A stretch of DNA of 64,000 nt, from assembly GCA_950097015.1 (NCBI GenBank), contig CATNEN010000038.1:7564001-7628000 (forward strand), given 5' to 3'. This document shows positions 46,915 to 59,389 of the stretch, piece after piece. The notes under the pieces are model-generated. The model made no database searches and had not been told where the DNA came from. It saw nothing but the letters and a program-made list of their open reading frames with translations. How positions within the stretch are numbered: position 1 is the first letter of the stretch; every line of letters starts with the position of its first letter. The stretch is from Macrostomum hystrix (lineage: Eukaryota; Animalia; Platyhelminthes). A program made the translations under genes and the position numbers.

Positions 46915-47470
46915 TCCGTCTACCTCAGTCTCCATCTACCCCCAGTCCCCTCTACCCCCAGTCCTCTCTACCCCCAGTCCTCTCTACCCCCATGCAGTCC
47001 TCTCTACCCCCAGTCCTCTCTACCCCCAGTCCCCTCTACCCCCAGTCCCCTCTACCCCCAGTCCTCTCTACCCCAGTCCCCTCTACCCCCAGTCCTCTCT
47101 ACCCCCAGTCCTCTCTACCCCCAGTCCTCTCTACCCCCAGTCCTCTCTACCCCCAGTCCTCTCTACCCCAGTCCCCTCTACCCCCAGTCCTCTCTACCCC
47201 CAGTCCTCTCTACCCCCAGTCCTCTCTACCCCCAGTCCCCTCTACCCCCAGTCCCCTCTACCCCCAGTCCTCTCTACCCCAGTCCCCTCTACCCCCAGTC
47301 CTCTCTACCCCCAGTCCTCTCTACCCCCAGTCCTCTCTACCCCCAGTCCTCTCTACCCCCAGTCCTCTCTACCCCCAGTCCTCTCTACCCCCAGTCCCCT
47401 CTACCCCCAGTCCTCTCTACCCCCAGTCCTCTCTACCCCAATCCCCTCTACCCCTCAGTCCCACCTACCC
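46915..47470. repeat. 16-bp C-rich minisatellite (CTCTACCCCCAGTCCT)n
   Basis: More than 30 units. Confidence 0.95.
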
Positions 47471-47989
47471 CAGCAAGATATTCTCTGATGCTCAGACGAC
47501 TTAAACCTCAGTCGTTGCTGTTGGCCTCTGAATAGCCACGGCACTGACCCCGCCAGGTCAGGCTGGCTAATCCAATCTTGGCATTCTAAACTAATTTTCT
47601 ACCAAATTTCGGTGCATTGCGCAACTGCGGACAAAGCCACTCAGGTTTTGTTAGCTGGCTATTACGCAATCGAGTCAGCCCCAGAAGCTGGTTAGCTTTT
47701 TGATTAGTTTTTTGATCTTCTCAGAACTGGGCCTATTGAGGCGGCCGGCAGATAAAATAGAAACCATGCGAGTTCAGCCGGGGTCAGTGACTCCCACCCG
47801 CCATCCGGAATGACAACTAGTCCATCGAGAGGAAGACTAAAATATATACCATTGAGAGTCAGCGTAGCAAACTCACTCAGGGTAGCTTGGTAACTGCTTA
47901 GCCGGTGGAATATACTCCTTCGGATTTGAGCGCCAGCTTTTAAGATTGAAGCCTTACTTTTTTAATCCTGAATCTGTTTTTAACTCCAC

Positions 47990-49272
47990 CAGTCTCTCAT
48001 CTGACTCCACAGTCTCTCCTCTGACCCTAAAGTCTGTCATCTGACTCCCACAGTCTCTCATCTGACTCAACAGTCTCTCCTCTGACCCTACAGTCTGTCA
48101 TCTGACTCCCACAGTCTCTCATCTGACTCAACAGTCTCTCCTCTGACCCTACAGTCTGTCATGTGACCCTACAGTCTGTCATCTGACCCTATAGTCTGTC
48201 ATCTGACTCCCACAGTCTCTCATCTGACTCAACAGTCTCTCATCTGACCCTAAAGTCTGTCATCTGACTCCCACAGTCTCTCATCTGACTCAACAGTCTC
48301 TCCTCTGACCCTACAGTCTGTCATGTGACCCTACAGTCTGTCATGTGACCCTACAGTCTGTCATCTGACCCTACAGTCTGTCATCTGACCCTACAGTCTG
48401 TCATCTGACTCCCAGTCTGTCATCTGACTCCCACAGTCTCACATCTGACTCCCAGGCTGTCATCTGACTCCCACAGTCTCACATCTGACTCCCACAGTCT
48501 CACATCTGACTCCCACAGTCTCACATCTGACTCCCACAGTCTCACATCTGACTCCCACAGTCTCACATCTGACTCCCACAGTCTCACATCTGACTCCCAG
48601 GCTGTCATCTGACTCCCACAGTCTCACATCTGACTCCCACAGTCTCACATCTGACTCCCAGGCTGTCATCTGACTCCCACAGTCTCACATCTGACTCCCA
48701 CAGTCTCACATCTGACTCCCAGGCTGTCATCTGACTCCCACAGTCTCACATCTGACTCCCACAGTCTCACATCTGACTCCCACAGTCTCACATCTGACTC
48801 CCAGGCTGTCATCTGACTCCCACAGTCTCACATCTGACTCCCACAGTCTCACATCTGACTCCCAGGCTGTCATCTGACTCCCAGGCTGTCATCTGACTCC
48901 CACAATCTCACATCTGACTCCCACAGTCTCACATCTGACTCCCAGGCTGTCATCTGACTCCCACAGTCTCACATCTGACTCCCACAGTCTCACATCTGAC
49001 TCCCACAGTCTCACATCTGACTCCCACAGTCTCACATCTGACTCCCACAGTCTCACATCTGACTCCCACAGTCTCACATCTGACTCCCAGGCTGTCATCT
49101 GACTCCCACAGTCTCACATCTGACTCCCAGGCTGTCATCTGACTCCCACAGTCTCACATCTGACTCCCACAGTCTCACATCTGACTCCCACAGTCTCACA
49201 TCTGACTCCCAGGCTGTCATCTGACTCCCACAGTCTCACATCTGACTCCCACAGTCTCACATCTGACTCCCA
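47990..49272. repeat. Compound 19-21 bp minisatellite (CATCTGACTCCCACAGTCTCA / CATCTGACTCCCAGGCTGT)
   Basis: About 60 units; two to three variants are interleaved. Confidence 0.95.
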
Positions 49273-49576
49273 ATTCAGTATCAAATCTGACTGAAAGTTC
49301 TTTTTTATCAATTTAACAAATGGTTGGCTTTTCTTTTTTTAAAAATATATTTTTTAAATATAAAAAAATCTGAAAATGTTTTTATTGTCTTACAAAAATT
49401 ATTACAAATATTTACTACTTGTTTGGTAAGTAGATGACTTGCTACTTTTCTCTGCGTAATTTTATTTTCTAATCTAGAGTTTGAATGTATCGGACGGGCT
49501 AGTTACTGTTATGAGCATGAGGCACACCCAATTAGGTCCATGGTCCGGCGACACCAACCCACGACCACGCTTGGTC

Positions 49577-51600
49577 TCACACGCAGGCAGCTGCCGTCAT
49601 GTTCAGCAGCACGCGGCCCTGCAGCTCCGAGTTGCCGCCGGCCACAGCTGCGCAGCCGAGGCCGCTGCAGAACGAGCCGCCGCCGCCACCGCCGCCAGGA
49701 TTCGACCAGGTCGCGGCGCCGCCGCCGCTGTAGCCGCCGCCGCCGCCGCCGGGCCCCTGAAAATTGCCGGCGCAGCAGCCGCCGCCAGAGCCGCCTCCGC
49801 CGAAGCCGCCGTCGCCGGTGGTGCAGCCGGAGCTGCGGGCGCCTCCGAGCCAGCCGTCTGTGCGGCTCATTCCGGGGCCTCCGACTTTGCCGATGGTGCC
49901 AGCGACGGCGGAGCCGTTCCATCCAGCGCCGGCGCCGGCGACAGAGCAGGAGGACGGACAGTAGGATGATGCCTGACCCGGCTGTCCACCAGAGCCGCCG
50001 GCGCCGGTGTATGAGCTAGCCCCTGGGCTGTCCGTGCCGCTGGTTCCGTTGTTTCCATTGCTACCTGGCATGCAGTGAGCTTTGATGTCAGCGCAAAAGA
50101 AACTCATGGGATTATGAGGCTTACTTTTTCCCACTTCTTCCTCGTAGGTCCTTGCAAATGACCTGTGGAGTAGGATTTGCAGTGACGTCACAGTGGGATT
50201 TCGAAGTGACGTCACACTCTAATTTTGGGATAGAGCGCTCCTGGTTTGCTTCCGCGAAAGCTGAGAAGCCCCAGCCCCCTTTGATGTTCTGGTGTGATCA
50301 CCGATTCTCCCCTTCACTACTGTACTGTTCCTCAATCAGGCGGTACCTGTAGCTGTATCTCACCTCGCTGAACGGAGGAGCCGCCTCCGCCTCCGGCTGC
50401 CAGGAGCAGCTGCGGGCTGCCGCTGACGCCGCTGATGTACACGAAGCTGCCGCCGCCCCCACCTGCGCCGAAGCCGCAAGCGGAGTCGCCGCCAGGATTG
50501 CCGACGATGATTTCCAGCTTGGTGCCGGCGCTGAGGTTGAAGCTTCCAGCGGCTGAAGCGCCCCTGCTGACTGTGCCCACATGGCTGCTGGTAGTGTTGC
50601 CGCCGCCCGCTCCGAAGGCCTCGATGCGGTAGCAGCCGGTGACGCTGATGGTGACGTTCTGGACGAGTCCGAACCTGCCCGTGCCGCTGCCTGAAGTGAT
50701 GCGTCTTTTGGATGTGTCCCGAGGCAAAGGCAAAGCTAACAATTGCTTTATGTATCACAATGCGGCACTCACTGATCAGATTGACGTTGACAGCGGGTGC
50801 AGCTTTTCGGGTTCGCATCTGCAGCTGCAGCTCAAAGTCCTCCGCCTTCCACACAGTCACCGCGTTGTCCGCTGGCGAGCCAAGCTGCCTCGTCACGTGA
50901 CTGCCGGCAGGGACCGTTTGACCCGAGGACTCGTCGTTGATGACTAGCAGCTGACAGCCGCGGCTGGTGTCATTCAGCACGGCGACAGCGCAGCCTCGAT
51001 TCTCGCACCACCAGAGGCAGTCGAGCTTGGACCTGGAGGGCAAGTCGCTCAGCAGGCTGCTGCTCGTGGAGTTGCCAATGGCAACCGAATTCGCGCGGTA
51101 AAAAAGGCGACTGGAGGCACTAGCGCTTGCCACTGAAACAGGCATTAGACGTGTGCTCAAGCTAATTAATGATAATAATAATTGCAGGAGGGCTGCCGGC
51201 AATGGCACGTCATTTGGTGGCACTAGACCCGCAGCCAGCGAGGAGGCAATTCTGCCCATTTCGCTGACTCCTGAGCACATGCGCACGCAGATACTGTACT
51301 CAGGCACACGCTCACACATGTGTGTACATCTGTCCTGACTCTCATCGTCAGGCAGTGTACACTCTCACTGTGCCTCGGAGGTTGGCCCTCAAGGGCGTAA
51401 ATTGCACGACAAGCCACCAAGCCTTCTCTCCGTGGCTGCGCCGCGGAATCGAGCTCAGGGACCTTGGTGCTCAAGATTGTCTGAGACTCGAATCTACTGC
51501 TTTGGCTTATCGGAGCATAGCTTGAGCACAAGCCACAACTCGTGCGATACTCACCGACTGTATGAACAAGTAGAAGAGCCGCAACTTCTGGTAGACCCAT
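49577..51600 (-). CDS. Secreted protein (~406 aa): signal peptide, PAN/apple-like Cys domain and ALK/LTK-type glycine-rich domain
   Basis: Exons on the minus strand: 51555-51600, 50773-51132, 50364-50690, 49577-50064; all three introns are phase 1 and GT-AG (1221 nt). N-terminus MGLPEVAALLLVHTVVASASA, then SRSKLDCLWWCENRGCAVAVLNDTSRGCQL, then GCYRIEAFGAGGG...GGGGGSFV...LLLAAGGGGG...GGFGGGG...GGGGGYSGG...GGGGGSF...GRVLL. Confidence 0.85.
50182..50215. promoter_or_regulatory. Two perfect CRE (CREB/ATF) palindromes, GTGACGTCAC
   Basis: At 50182-50191 and 50206-50215, in intron 3 of the glycine-rich gene. Confidence 0.4.
51172..51471 (-). mobile_element. SINE family 1 copy in intron 1 of the glycine-rich gene
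   Basis: Reverse complement of the family 1 body with an (ATT)n tail at 51172-51183. Confidence 0.85.
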
Positions 51601-52604
51601 TGCTGATGCTTGGGAGTCAGTTCGGTTTGAGGGTGGCAGTCTGTGGGAAGAAATTTCAGGTGCATGGATTATGCCTGCGTTGGTAGGGGCTTTAAGTTAG
51701 TCAGTTAGTGAGGCTGCCAGGTGAGAGGAGAGCTACATGTGCGCCTGTTGAATCGCCAATCACATTGCGATTCGTCGCCATGGTGATGAAGTAAACGCGG
51801 TGCCTAATTTAATGTTGCTAGAACTTTTCTCGCAGATTTCAGGAAATTTGATAGATTTTAGCAGAAAATATTTTCTTCTATAACTTGTTTGAATTCTTTG
51901 AGAAATCTCAGAACTGAAATTTTTGCAGGAAGTGAGGATATGGATAGGCACGATAAATATTTTTCTATCTGCATCTAAGTGCAATCATCGCCCATATTCT
52001 CTATCGCGAAAAAATACTAAAAGCTTTGTTGCCATGCCAACCTCACCAGCGAGGCTTTAGGGAGTTTAGAAATCGATGCAGCGACTATTCAGACAGTTTT
52101 TCAGTAGAAAATAAATCTGGAGATTAGAGACGGGTGCCTAGTTGTCAAGGACAACCTGAGGCCGGATGCACAGGTTGGCACTAATCTGGAGTTTGAGAGG
52201 CAGCTGGGTCTACAAGTATGCAATGCCAGTACAGGTAGTTAGGCTCAGCTGCCTCCAGCATGTGGAATTAGCTCATGGTTATTTAATGCTATCTTCAGCT
52301 CTTCTGCTTCACAATGAGCTGCCTGGAGATTTCAGCCGCTCTATTCCGCAGAGGCAACAAATGGCTGTGGAAACTGTTCGTGCCAAGCTGACAATTTAGC
52401 ACTTCAAGTAAGCCAGTTTACTTGCGCGGATGCAGATTTCTGTCAAAATTGAAATTTCCTGCAGCCAGAAAGCCCTTTTAAATGCCTACATTCTAGAGAG
52501 GAAAGAAAATTCTGAACAAAAAAATTTAATGCGCAAAAAACACTACTTCTAGTAAAGTAGAGAGCGCCAAGAACATATTAGAGACAATTAATTGTCAGGA
52601 TAGT

Positions 52605-52920
52605 AATAATAATAATGATGATAATAATAATCGCAGGAGAGCTGCAAGCAATGGCACTTCATTTGGCGACACTAGACCCGCAGCCAGCGAGGAGGCAATT
52701 AATTCTGCCCATTTTTCTGACTCCTGAGCACACGCTCACACAGGTGTGTACATCTGCCCTGACTTTCTCATCGTACACTCTTTGGCCCTCAAGGGCACGA
52801 CAAGCCACCAAGCATTCTCTCCATATGGCTGCGTCCCAAATTAACCTGGCGCCTCGCCGTGGAATCGAGCTCAGGGACCTTGGCGCGATAGGCAAACGCG
52901 TTAACCGCTCTGCGACTCAC
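52605..52920 (-). mobile_element. SINE family 1 copy
   Basis: Head (GCAGAGCGGTTAACGCGTTTGCC on the minus strand) through to the (ATT)n tail. Confidence 0.85.
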
Positions 52921-53569
52921 AGCCTTATTCCCAAGATAGGCTTGCATCTACTCTATATCATAGAAGCCAGCTTAAAAAAATCACTCAGCATTTACAGCAC
53001 ATGTTTACTTTCACTGCAGTATCGAATGCTGTAGCTACATTTATTATTAGAATTACTATATTGCAGTTTTGGCGATAAATTACTAAAGAAATACTGAAAG
53101 AAACGAACGAGGCCTCAACTCTTCAACCTTTGCGATCGATGCACTCACCGACTGAGCGGACCAACGAAACAGCTGATGCGATTCCTATTTATTGGCTTCG
53201 GAGCTGCAGTCAGTCACTGGAGAATGAAGCAGGTGAGCTGCAGCTTAAGTATAGACAAAATTTAGAGTAATTTGCAATGAGCCTGAGTGCATGGCAACCA
53301 GCTTGCAACGAGTTTCAGCACCGTATTAATTTCACTAAAAACTACTCCCCTATCACTCAGTCAGCACTGCAGGCTGTGGAATATAACTAGACAAATTGAT
53401 TTTAGAAGCAGCTAGTGAGCCCACTCACTAACACTTTCCCTTCAATATTTGACAGACGATTGCTTTGAGTTTCATGGGTCTCTGAGAGAGTTTTTTACCT
53501 ATATATTCTAGCTCGCACATACATGACCCCAGCGTATTTACAAAGTTAAATAAATAGCTAACTATCTAG

Positions 53570-53715
53570 TAGTAACGTACTGACTAACCAACTAAATAAC
53601 TAACTAACTAACTAACGGACTGACTAACAAACAAACTAACTAACTAACGGATTGACTAACTAACTAACTAACAAAATAACTAACTAACTAACTAACTAAC
53701 TAACTGACTAACTAT
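53570..53715. repeat. (AACT)n microsatellite
   Basis: Imperfect aactaact run. Confidence 0.9.
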
Positions 53716-53974
53716 TTTGTTTATACCAAGTCACCAAAGCTGCTGTCTGCACTTTTCAACGTGGCAGTCACTTTTCTGTCCCTCGTCTGCCTGTCAAGAA
53801 TTTTCATAATTGTTTTCCTTTCGTTACAGTTCCCTTATTGTAACTGTAACTAACCAACGCGGTTGGTCCCTAGGGAAAATAGGTGTTATGACTACAGTTT
53901 TGTGAGAAGAGAACACGCTCACTCGTTCATTTTTCCTGGCATATACGTACTAGCCAACCAAAAAGCTGGCCAAC

Positions 53975-54390
53975 TGCAGGCGGCAGTTGATAGGGATAAT
54001 AGGATAGGGTGCAGTCGGTAGGGATAATAGGGTAGGGTGCAGTGGGTAGGGATAATAGGGTAGGCTGCAGTTGGTAGGGATAATAGGGTAGGCTGCAGTT
54101 GGTAGGGATAATAGGGTAGGCTGCAGTTGGTAGGGATAATAGGGTAGGGTGCAGTGGGTATGGAAATTAGCGTAGGGTGCAGTGGGTAGGGATAATAGGG
54201 TAGGGTGCAGTGGGTAGGAATAATAGGGTAGGCTGCAGTTGGTAGGGATAATTGGTAGGGTGCAGTGGGTATGGAAATTAGCGTAGGGTGCAGTGGGTAG
54301 GGATAATAGGGTAGGGTGCAGTGGGTATGGAAATTAGCGTAGGCTGCAGTTGGTAGGGATAATAGGACGTAGGGTGCAGTGGGTAGGGAT
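53975..54390. repeat. 28-bp G-rich minisatellite (GGGTAGGGATAATAGGGTAGGGTGCAGT)n
   Basis: About 14 units; the consensus unit has four GGG tracts. Confidence 0.9.
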
Positions 54391-55934
54391 CTCCATGCAA
54401 TTGTTAACAGAAATTCGCGTGGAGAGGAACATAAGAAGGTATATAGAGCACACAAGTATATGCACACAGTTTTTCCTCTAAGAAGTTTTACATCAGTAAT
54501 AACTGGTATCTGTCAGCATGAGTGCATGCCTAATCATATGGTACAGTAAGTCGGCCGATCTGAAGTCACATTTTTAAACGAAAAAGCGTTAGGGTCTTTT
54601 CTTGGAAGTAAAAGCGAATTGCCCGTTTATCTCCACCCGGAACACTAACACTATCCCCACCCGGGCCGACAGTCGTATGTATCAGTGTGTAAATGACTGT
54701 AAATTGGTGTACTGATAACTTAATTACCTGTTTTAAAAGAGCCTTTAAAAACTATGGTTGAATTGATACCCAAAAGTATATTACAATTACACTTTACTAA
54801 ATCGAATAATATTTGCTACCTCACCGCCAGAGTTTTAATTAGGCCTATGGACTCTAACTGGGTAATATAGTCCTAGCCACTTGCCACTAGCCAGTAGTTG
54901 CAGCAAACAATTTAGCTAGCTAGGCCCTAATTAAAAAATGGAGTTTTGAATAGTTAAGTTGAGTGTAGGCCTACATAGGTTAAGCAAGGCTATCACTTTG
55001 CTACTGACACAAATAGGCCTAATGATTGATAATCCCCAGTGCAGTATGCAGCCTACTATCAGTCTTTTATAGCTAGTTATGCCTAGGTGATAAGGGCCTA
55101 ATAAAAAGGCATGTTTTTATAAAAATATATAAATCTTACCTTAGCTAGTCAGACTCTGCAGTTAGTTAGTTTCAGATATTGGTACATTTCACCATTTTAT
55201 AAATTTTATTAAACTTTGTTAGGCCTAACTTAAAAGCAAAAAATCATTTCTTTCAAGTTTCACAATAATAGTACCCTAGCAATTTTAACTCACATTTTTG
55301 TTATTTTTCCACTTGTAGGCCTATACATTTAAAATTGCTTAGACCTAATAACAAAAAAGTGCCTAGCTAGGTAGCTAAGTACCTAAAAATGTACTCATAA
55401 AATATACAAACAAAATATTTTTCTAAATAGTTCTAGGGCCTAAAGGCTAACTAAACAATAATTTTAATTGTTGCAATAGCAGCTAAAATTTAATTTGTTG
55501 GGTATGTCATAAAGGATAGCTCTTTTTTGTTTAATAATTGCCTTGGCCAATTTAATTTATTTTAGTAAATAATAAATAAAAGTACAATTAGCCCTATAAT
55601 AATATTATTATATAATTAAACATCTTGTTTAAATACCTTCATACATAGCCAAAAATGTTTTCCCTGAGGTATGATTACTCTAAGGCCTAAGCCAGTAGGC
55701 CCTAATAACATCCACTTGAGCAACCTGAACAAATGTCTTAATTATTTATGAGTACAAGGGCTAATACGCACATTTTGCTGGATATAATTTAAGACCTATC
55801 AATTGTAATCAAAATTTAGTACAAGATAGTATATAAGCATATTAATGTAGTCAAAAAGTATCCATTTTAACTCATAATGTATTCAACCTATCTCTACCTT
55901 TTCTCATTTTCACCCCATAATTTCTTACTTTATG

Positions 55935-56385
55935 TTATCTCTTCTGTCTTATCTCTCCCTGTCTCATCTCTCCCCTGTCTCATCTCATCTCTCCCATCTC
56001 TCATCTCTCCCGTGTCTCATCTCATCTTTCCCGTGTCTCATCTCTTCCCTGTCTCATCTCTGCCCTGTCTCATCGCTTCCCTGTCTCATCTCTCCCCTGT
56101 CTTATCTCTCCTGTGTCTCATCTCTTCCCTGTCTTATCTCTCCTGTGTCTCATCTCTCCCTGTCTCATCTCATCTCTCCCGTGTCTCATACCTCCCGAGT
56201 CTCATCTTACCGTGTCTCATATCTTCTCTCCCGTGTCTCATCTCTCCCGTGTCTCATCTCTCCCTGTCTTATCTCTTCCCTGTCTTATCTCTCACCTGTT
56301 TCATATCGATCTCTCTGTCTTATCTCTCACCTGTCTCATCTTTCCAATGTCTCACCTCTCTCTTATCTAATTCTCTCCTGTCGGA
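55935..56385. repeat. Pyrimidine-rich ~15-18 bp minisatellite (CTCATCTCTCCCTGT-like)
   Basis: Imperfect tandem units of tgtctcatctctccc. Confidence 0.85.
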
Positions 56386-56568
56386 TTGCGTAACAGTCTC
56401 AGTCTCTCAGTCACCTCTCACTGTGATTGCAAAAAAATTTGGTTACCCAAACCAAATGGGATAAATAGTCTAGGAGCCGAGGCCATTTGGTTAATTTTTC
56501 AAGATTATCTAATAGCTATCAGCTGACAGCTGCTATAAGAGAAAGTATTGGTCTGTACCCGCCCTCAG

Positions 56569-57703
56569 CCAGGCAGTTGGTGGCGCCGCCTGCTGAGCCG
56601 GGCTGCCCGGGTCTACAATGCGCCTAGCAGCCTGCACTGGGCAGCTGCCAGCCTGGTTGGCTTTGCTATCTACCAGCACAGCCCCTTGACCCTCATGCGA
56701 GTGGAAGGCGGCTCCATGCGCCCAGTTCTGAATCCGTACAGCTCTCCGGACTGCGGCTGTGGCGGCGCCCCCTGGCGTGACTTTGTTGTGGTGCGCTCAG
56801 TATGCGACTATGACCAGCTGCGACCCGATCAGCTGATTGTGTTCCTGTCGCCCCGCGACCCAAATTGTGTTCAGGTGAGATGGAACAATTATTAGTATAA
56901 TTTCTGGTTAACAATATCGGCTGTTAAGAGACTGTTTTGACTTCTCTATCTATTTCTTTAAAGCCCTGAGAAGAAAAATAATTATAAGAAGCAACTTAAA
57001 TGTTATCCTTATCTTTTGTTGATGTCTCCGACACATCTTGCTACCCGCTCAACAAAGCATGCTAGATTCTCTGGATAATTCCTGAACCCCCCTCGATAAT
57101 TTGTGCGAATCCTTGGAAAAAATGCTATTCCATCGACAAATCATGCTGCCCATCGATTATTGATGCTAGCCCCTCTATAGTTCATGATTCTCCCAAACTC
57201 CCAACCTCAACGGAACCAGTTGATGATTTAAAACAACGTTTCCCTCTACTCAGGTGAAGCGCCTTGTGGCGCTTAGTCACGATTTTGTCGAGGCGCCAAA
57301 CAGCGACCGCTTCCCAGGCAGCTCCTACGACGCCTGCAGCGGTAGCGGCGGCTTCTACGGGTTTGGCAGTCGCGGCCGGCGCCAGGTGATTGTGCGGCCC
57401 TGGCACCTGTGGCTGGAGGGCACTCAGCGTGGCTCCGAGGACAGTCGGGTGTTCGGCCCGGTTCACCAGGCCCTGGTGCTCGGCCAGGTGGTTGCCGTCG
57501 TCCGGCTGCCTCCGACGGCGATGTCGCTGCTAACTGGCAGGGCCCTGCCGCGGCTGCTGACCGCCGAAGACGCGCTAGACGAGGCCGAGGAGGTCTGGGC
57601 GTCCGTCGGTGGCGTCGGCAGGGCGGACGGCGGCAGGAGCCGGTCGAGGTCGCACCGGCCAGTGACGGCAATGTCGGACACTGCGGCTGATGACTCGGGC
57701 TAG
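56569..57703 (+). CDS. IMMP2L: Mitochondrial inner membrane peptidase subunit 2-like (S26 family); start exon uncertain
   Basis: Exons ~56569/56573-56874 and 57254-57703. Motifs RVEGGSMRPVLNP (catalytic Ser), LIVFLSPRDP...VKRLVAL (catalytic Lys) and HLWLEG...SEDSRVFGPV. A candidate first exon at 54518-54545 (MSACLIIWY, phase-1 GTAAGT donor) would join 56573 in frame. Confidence 0.8.
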
Positions 57704-58167
57704 GTTGGGCACCTGTACTCTGTTGACTTGTGCAAAAATTCCCTTGTGCTATTAACTTTTTCATTGTTTTATGGTATCTTGCGCATAGGTAGCTAATTAT
57801 GTAGCCTAGCTGCTTGAAGTGACGCATTTTCTGCTGATTGTTGATTATAAAATTAGTAAATATAGATTTCCAACGTTCTTTTTTTATTGTTTTGCTAGCG
57901 CAGTCATTATCGAAACTTTATTTGTTGTTTTTAATTATTTAATCATTTTTCATCCTTGCCAGATCCCACAAACTTAGACTGCAGTCAGTTTGAGATCCCA
58001 CACACTGAGACTGCGATAGCTCACATAACTCAGACTGCGATAAGACTATCTTGCTCCAAGTCAGAACTACCGAGCGAAGGAAGGGTCTATTGGTCTTGCA
58101 TTCGAGCCTAATCCGCCTTGCTTCAGAGACGCCAAAGCGCTGGCATCGCATTCATTAGAGCTGTTGA

Positions 58168-58674
58168 TTTGAGCTTCAAGAAATCGGTCAAGCCACGGAG
58201 CCGCACGAAGTCCTCTCGGGGCTGCTCAGCCAGCTGCTTGATCAGTGCTCACCAGCATCCTCGGCTTACCTTGCCGATGCTCGAGACTGCCTAGCCAGCG
58301 TGGCCTCTTCTGACATCGGCCGACGAGTCGTTCGTCAATCCGGCGTGGTAGCCACAGCTTCGACGGCCGCAGCGACTCCAGACGACGCCGTCAAGATCCT
58401 GTGGCGCTCGGTCCGATCGGAGGCTTCTCTCGACCACCCGGCAGATCTGCTCCGCCTGTCCCTGTTCTCACTGGCCCTTGCTGAGCTGATGCGCCGAATA
58501 CCGCAGTCGACTCAGACTCGCCTGATGACTCAGCTGAGTAGGCAAGTTCGCGTTGGTGGTCGCGGCTGCGTTGACGTGGTTCAGGACTGCGCAAAGGAGG
58601 CTTGTGATTCGGCCACGCTGAGCAGCCGAGTGTTAGAGTTCTTTTCCACGCCCTACATGCACGACTTTGACTGA
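58168..58674 (+). other. GC-rich open frame of unknown function (possible exon or pseudogene)
   Basis: The frame is open from 58168 to TGA at 58674 with exon-like composition and an AATAAA near 58857. There is no in-frame ATG near its 5' end. Confidence 0.35.
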
Positions 58675-58955
58675 CAATGGCCTTTCTTTCTGGTGTTGTT
58701 GCTTTTATTATTTCGCAATTTATCAAAACGTCCTGAACAATAAAGTCCCTCAGCTCACTTCCTTTAATGGCCTGTGGGCTTGCTACACCCCTGTATGGAG
58801 TGTGTGTCTGTGTTGTGTACATGGCTGTGTCGCGTCAGTGACCACAGCTCTGTCGTAATAAAATGATTTTTTATATACTGGTGTTTGTAAGAGGTATTTA
58901 TTATATACTCGTATTTTCTCCTGAATTTTATCTTATCATGATTGGAAATATTCAA

Positions 58956-59258
58956 GCTTAGCGTTTCGGACTCACGACTTAAAGGTCAGGGGTTCGATTC
59001 CCGATTCCACTGAAACAATTCGTGTCCTTTAGCAAGACACTTAACTCTGCATTGCTTCAGTTCATCCAGCTGTTAAATGGGTACCAGCATCAGCTGGGGT
59101 AATTGAAGGTGGGTGTGGCGTCCCCCCAGTCCATGGACTGAACAGCTGTACGCAGCCTTCAGATGCGCCGCGCAATAGCTGCGGCTGTGCTGTCGGCTGC
59201 ACATCTGGCCCAATTGGGGCAGGTGTAATCAATTATTATTATTAATTATTATTACTAT
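58956..59258 (+). mobile_element. tRNA-derived SINE family 2 with CORE-like domain, most complete copy
   Basis: B-box GGTTCGATTCCC, then GTGTCCTTTAGCAAGACACTTAACTC...TCATCCAGCTGTTAAATGGGTACC (resembles the CORE-SINE central domain), and an (ATT)n tail. Confidence 0.8.
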
Positions 59259-59389
59259 TCGAGTTAGGGTGCTGAAATCCGTTAATTAGTACTCACAGAC
59301 TATCCAGTTTCTCGACCTATCTTTATATAATTGTCTCCCACGCTAGGCAATTACAGCTCGTCATGCCTATTACGTACAGCGGCTTGTCA

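Noticed and set aside
47542-47789. 11-bp inverted repeats CACTGACCCCG / CGGGGTCAGTG as MITE termini
   Set aside because: No target-site duplication and no second copy in the window.
50360-51319. 319-aa track ORF as a single CDS
   Set aside because: It fuses SINE sequence, one true exon (50773-51132), an intron and an out-of-frame exon; the spliced model replaces it.
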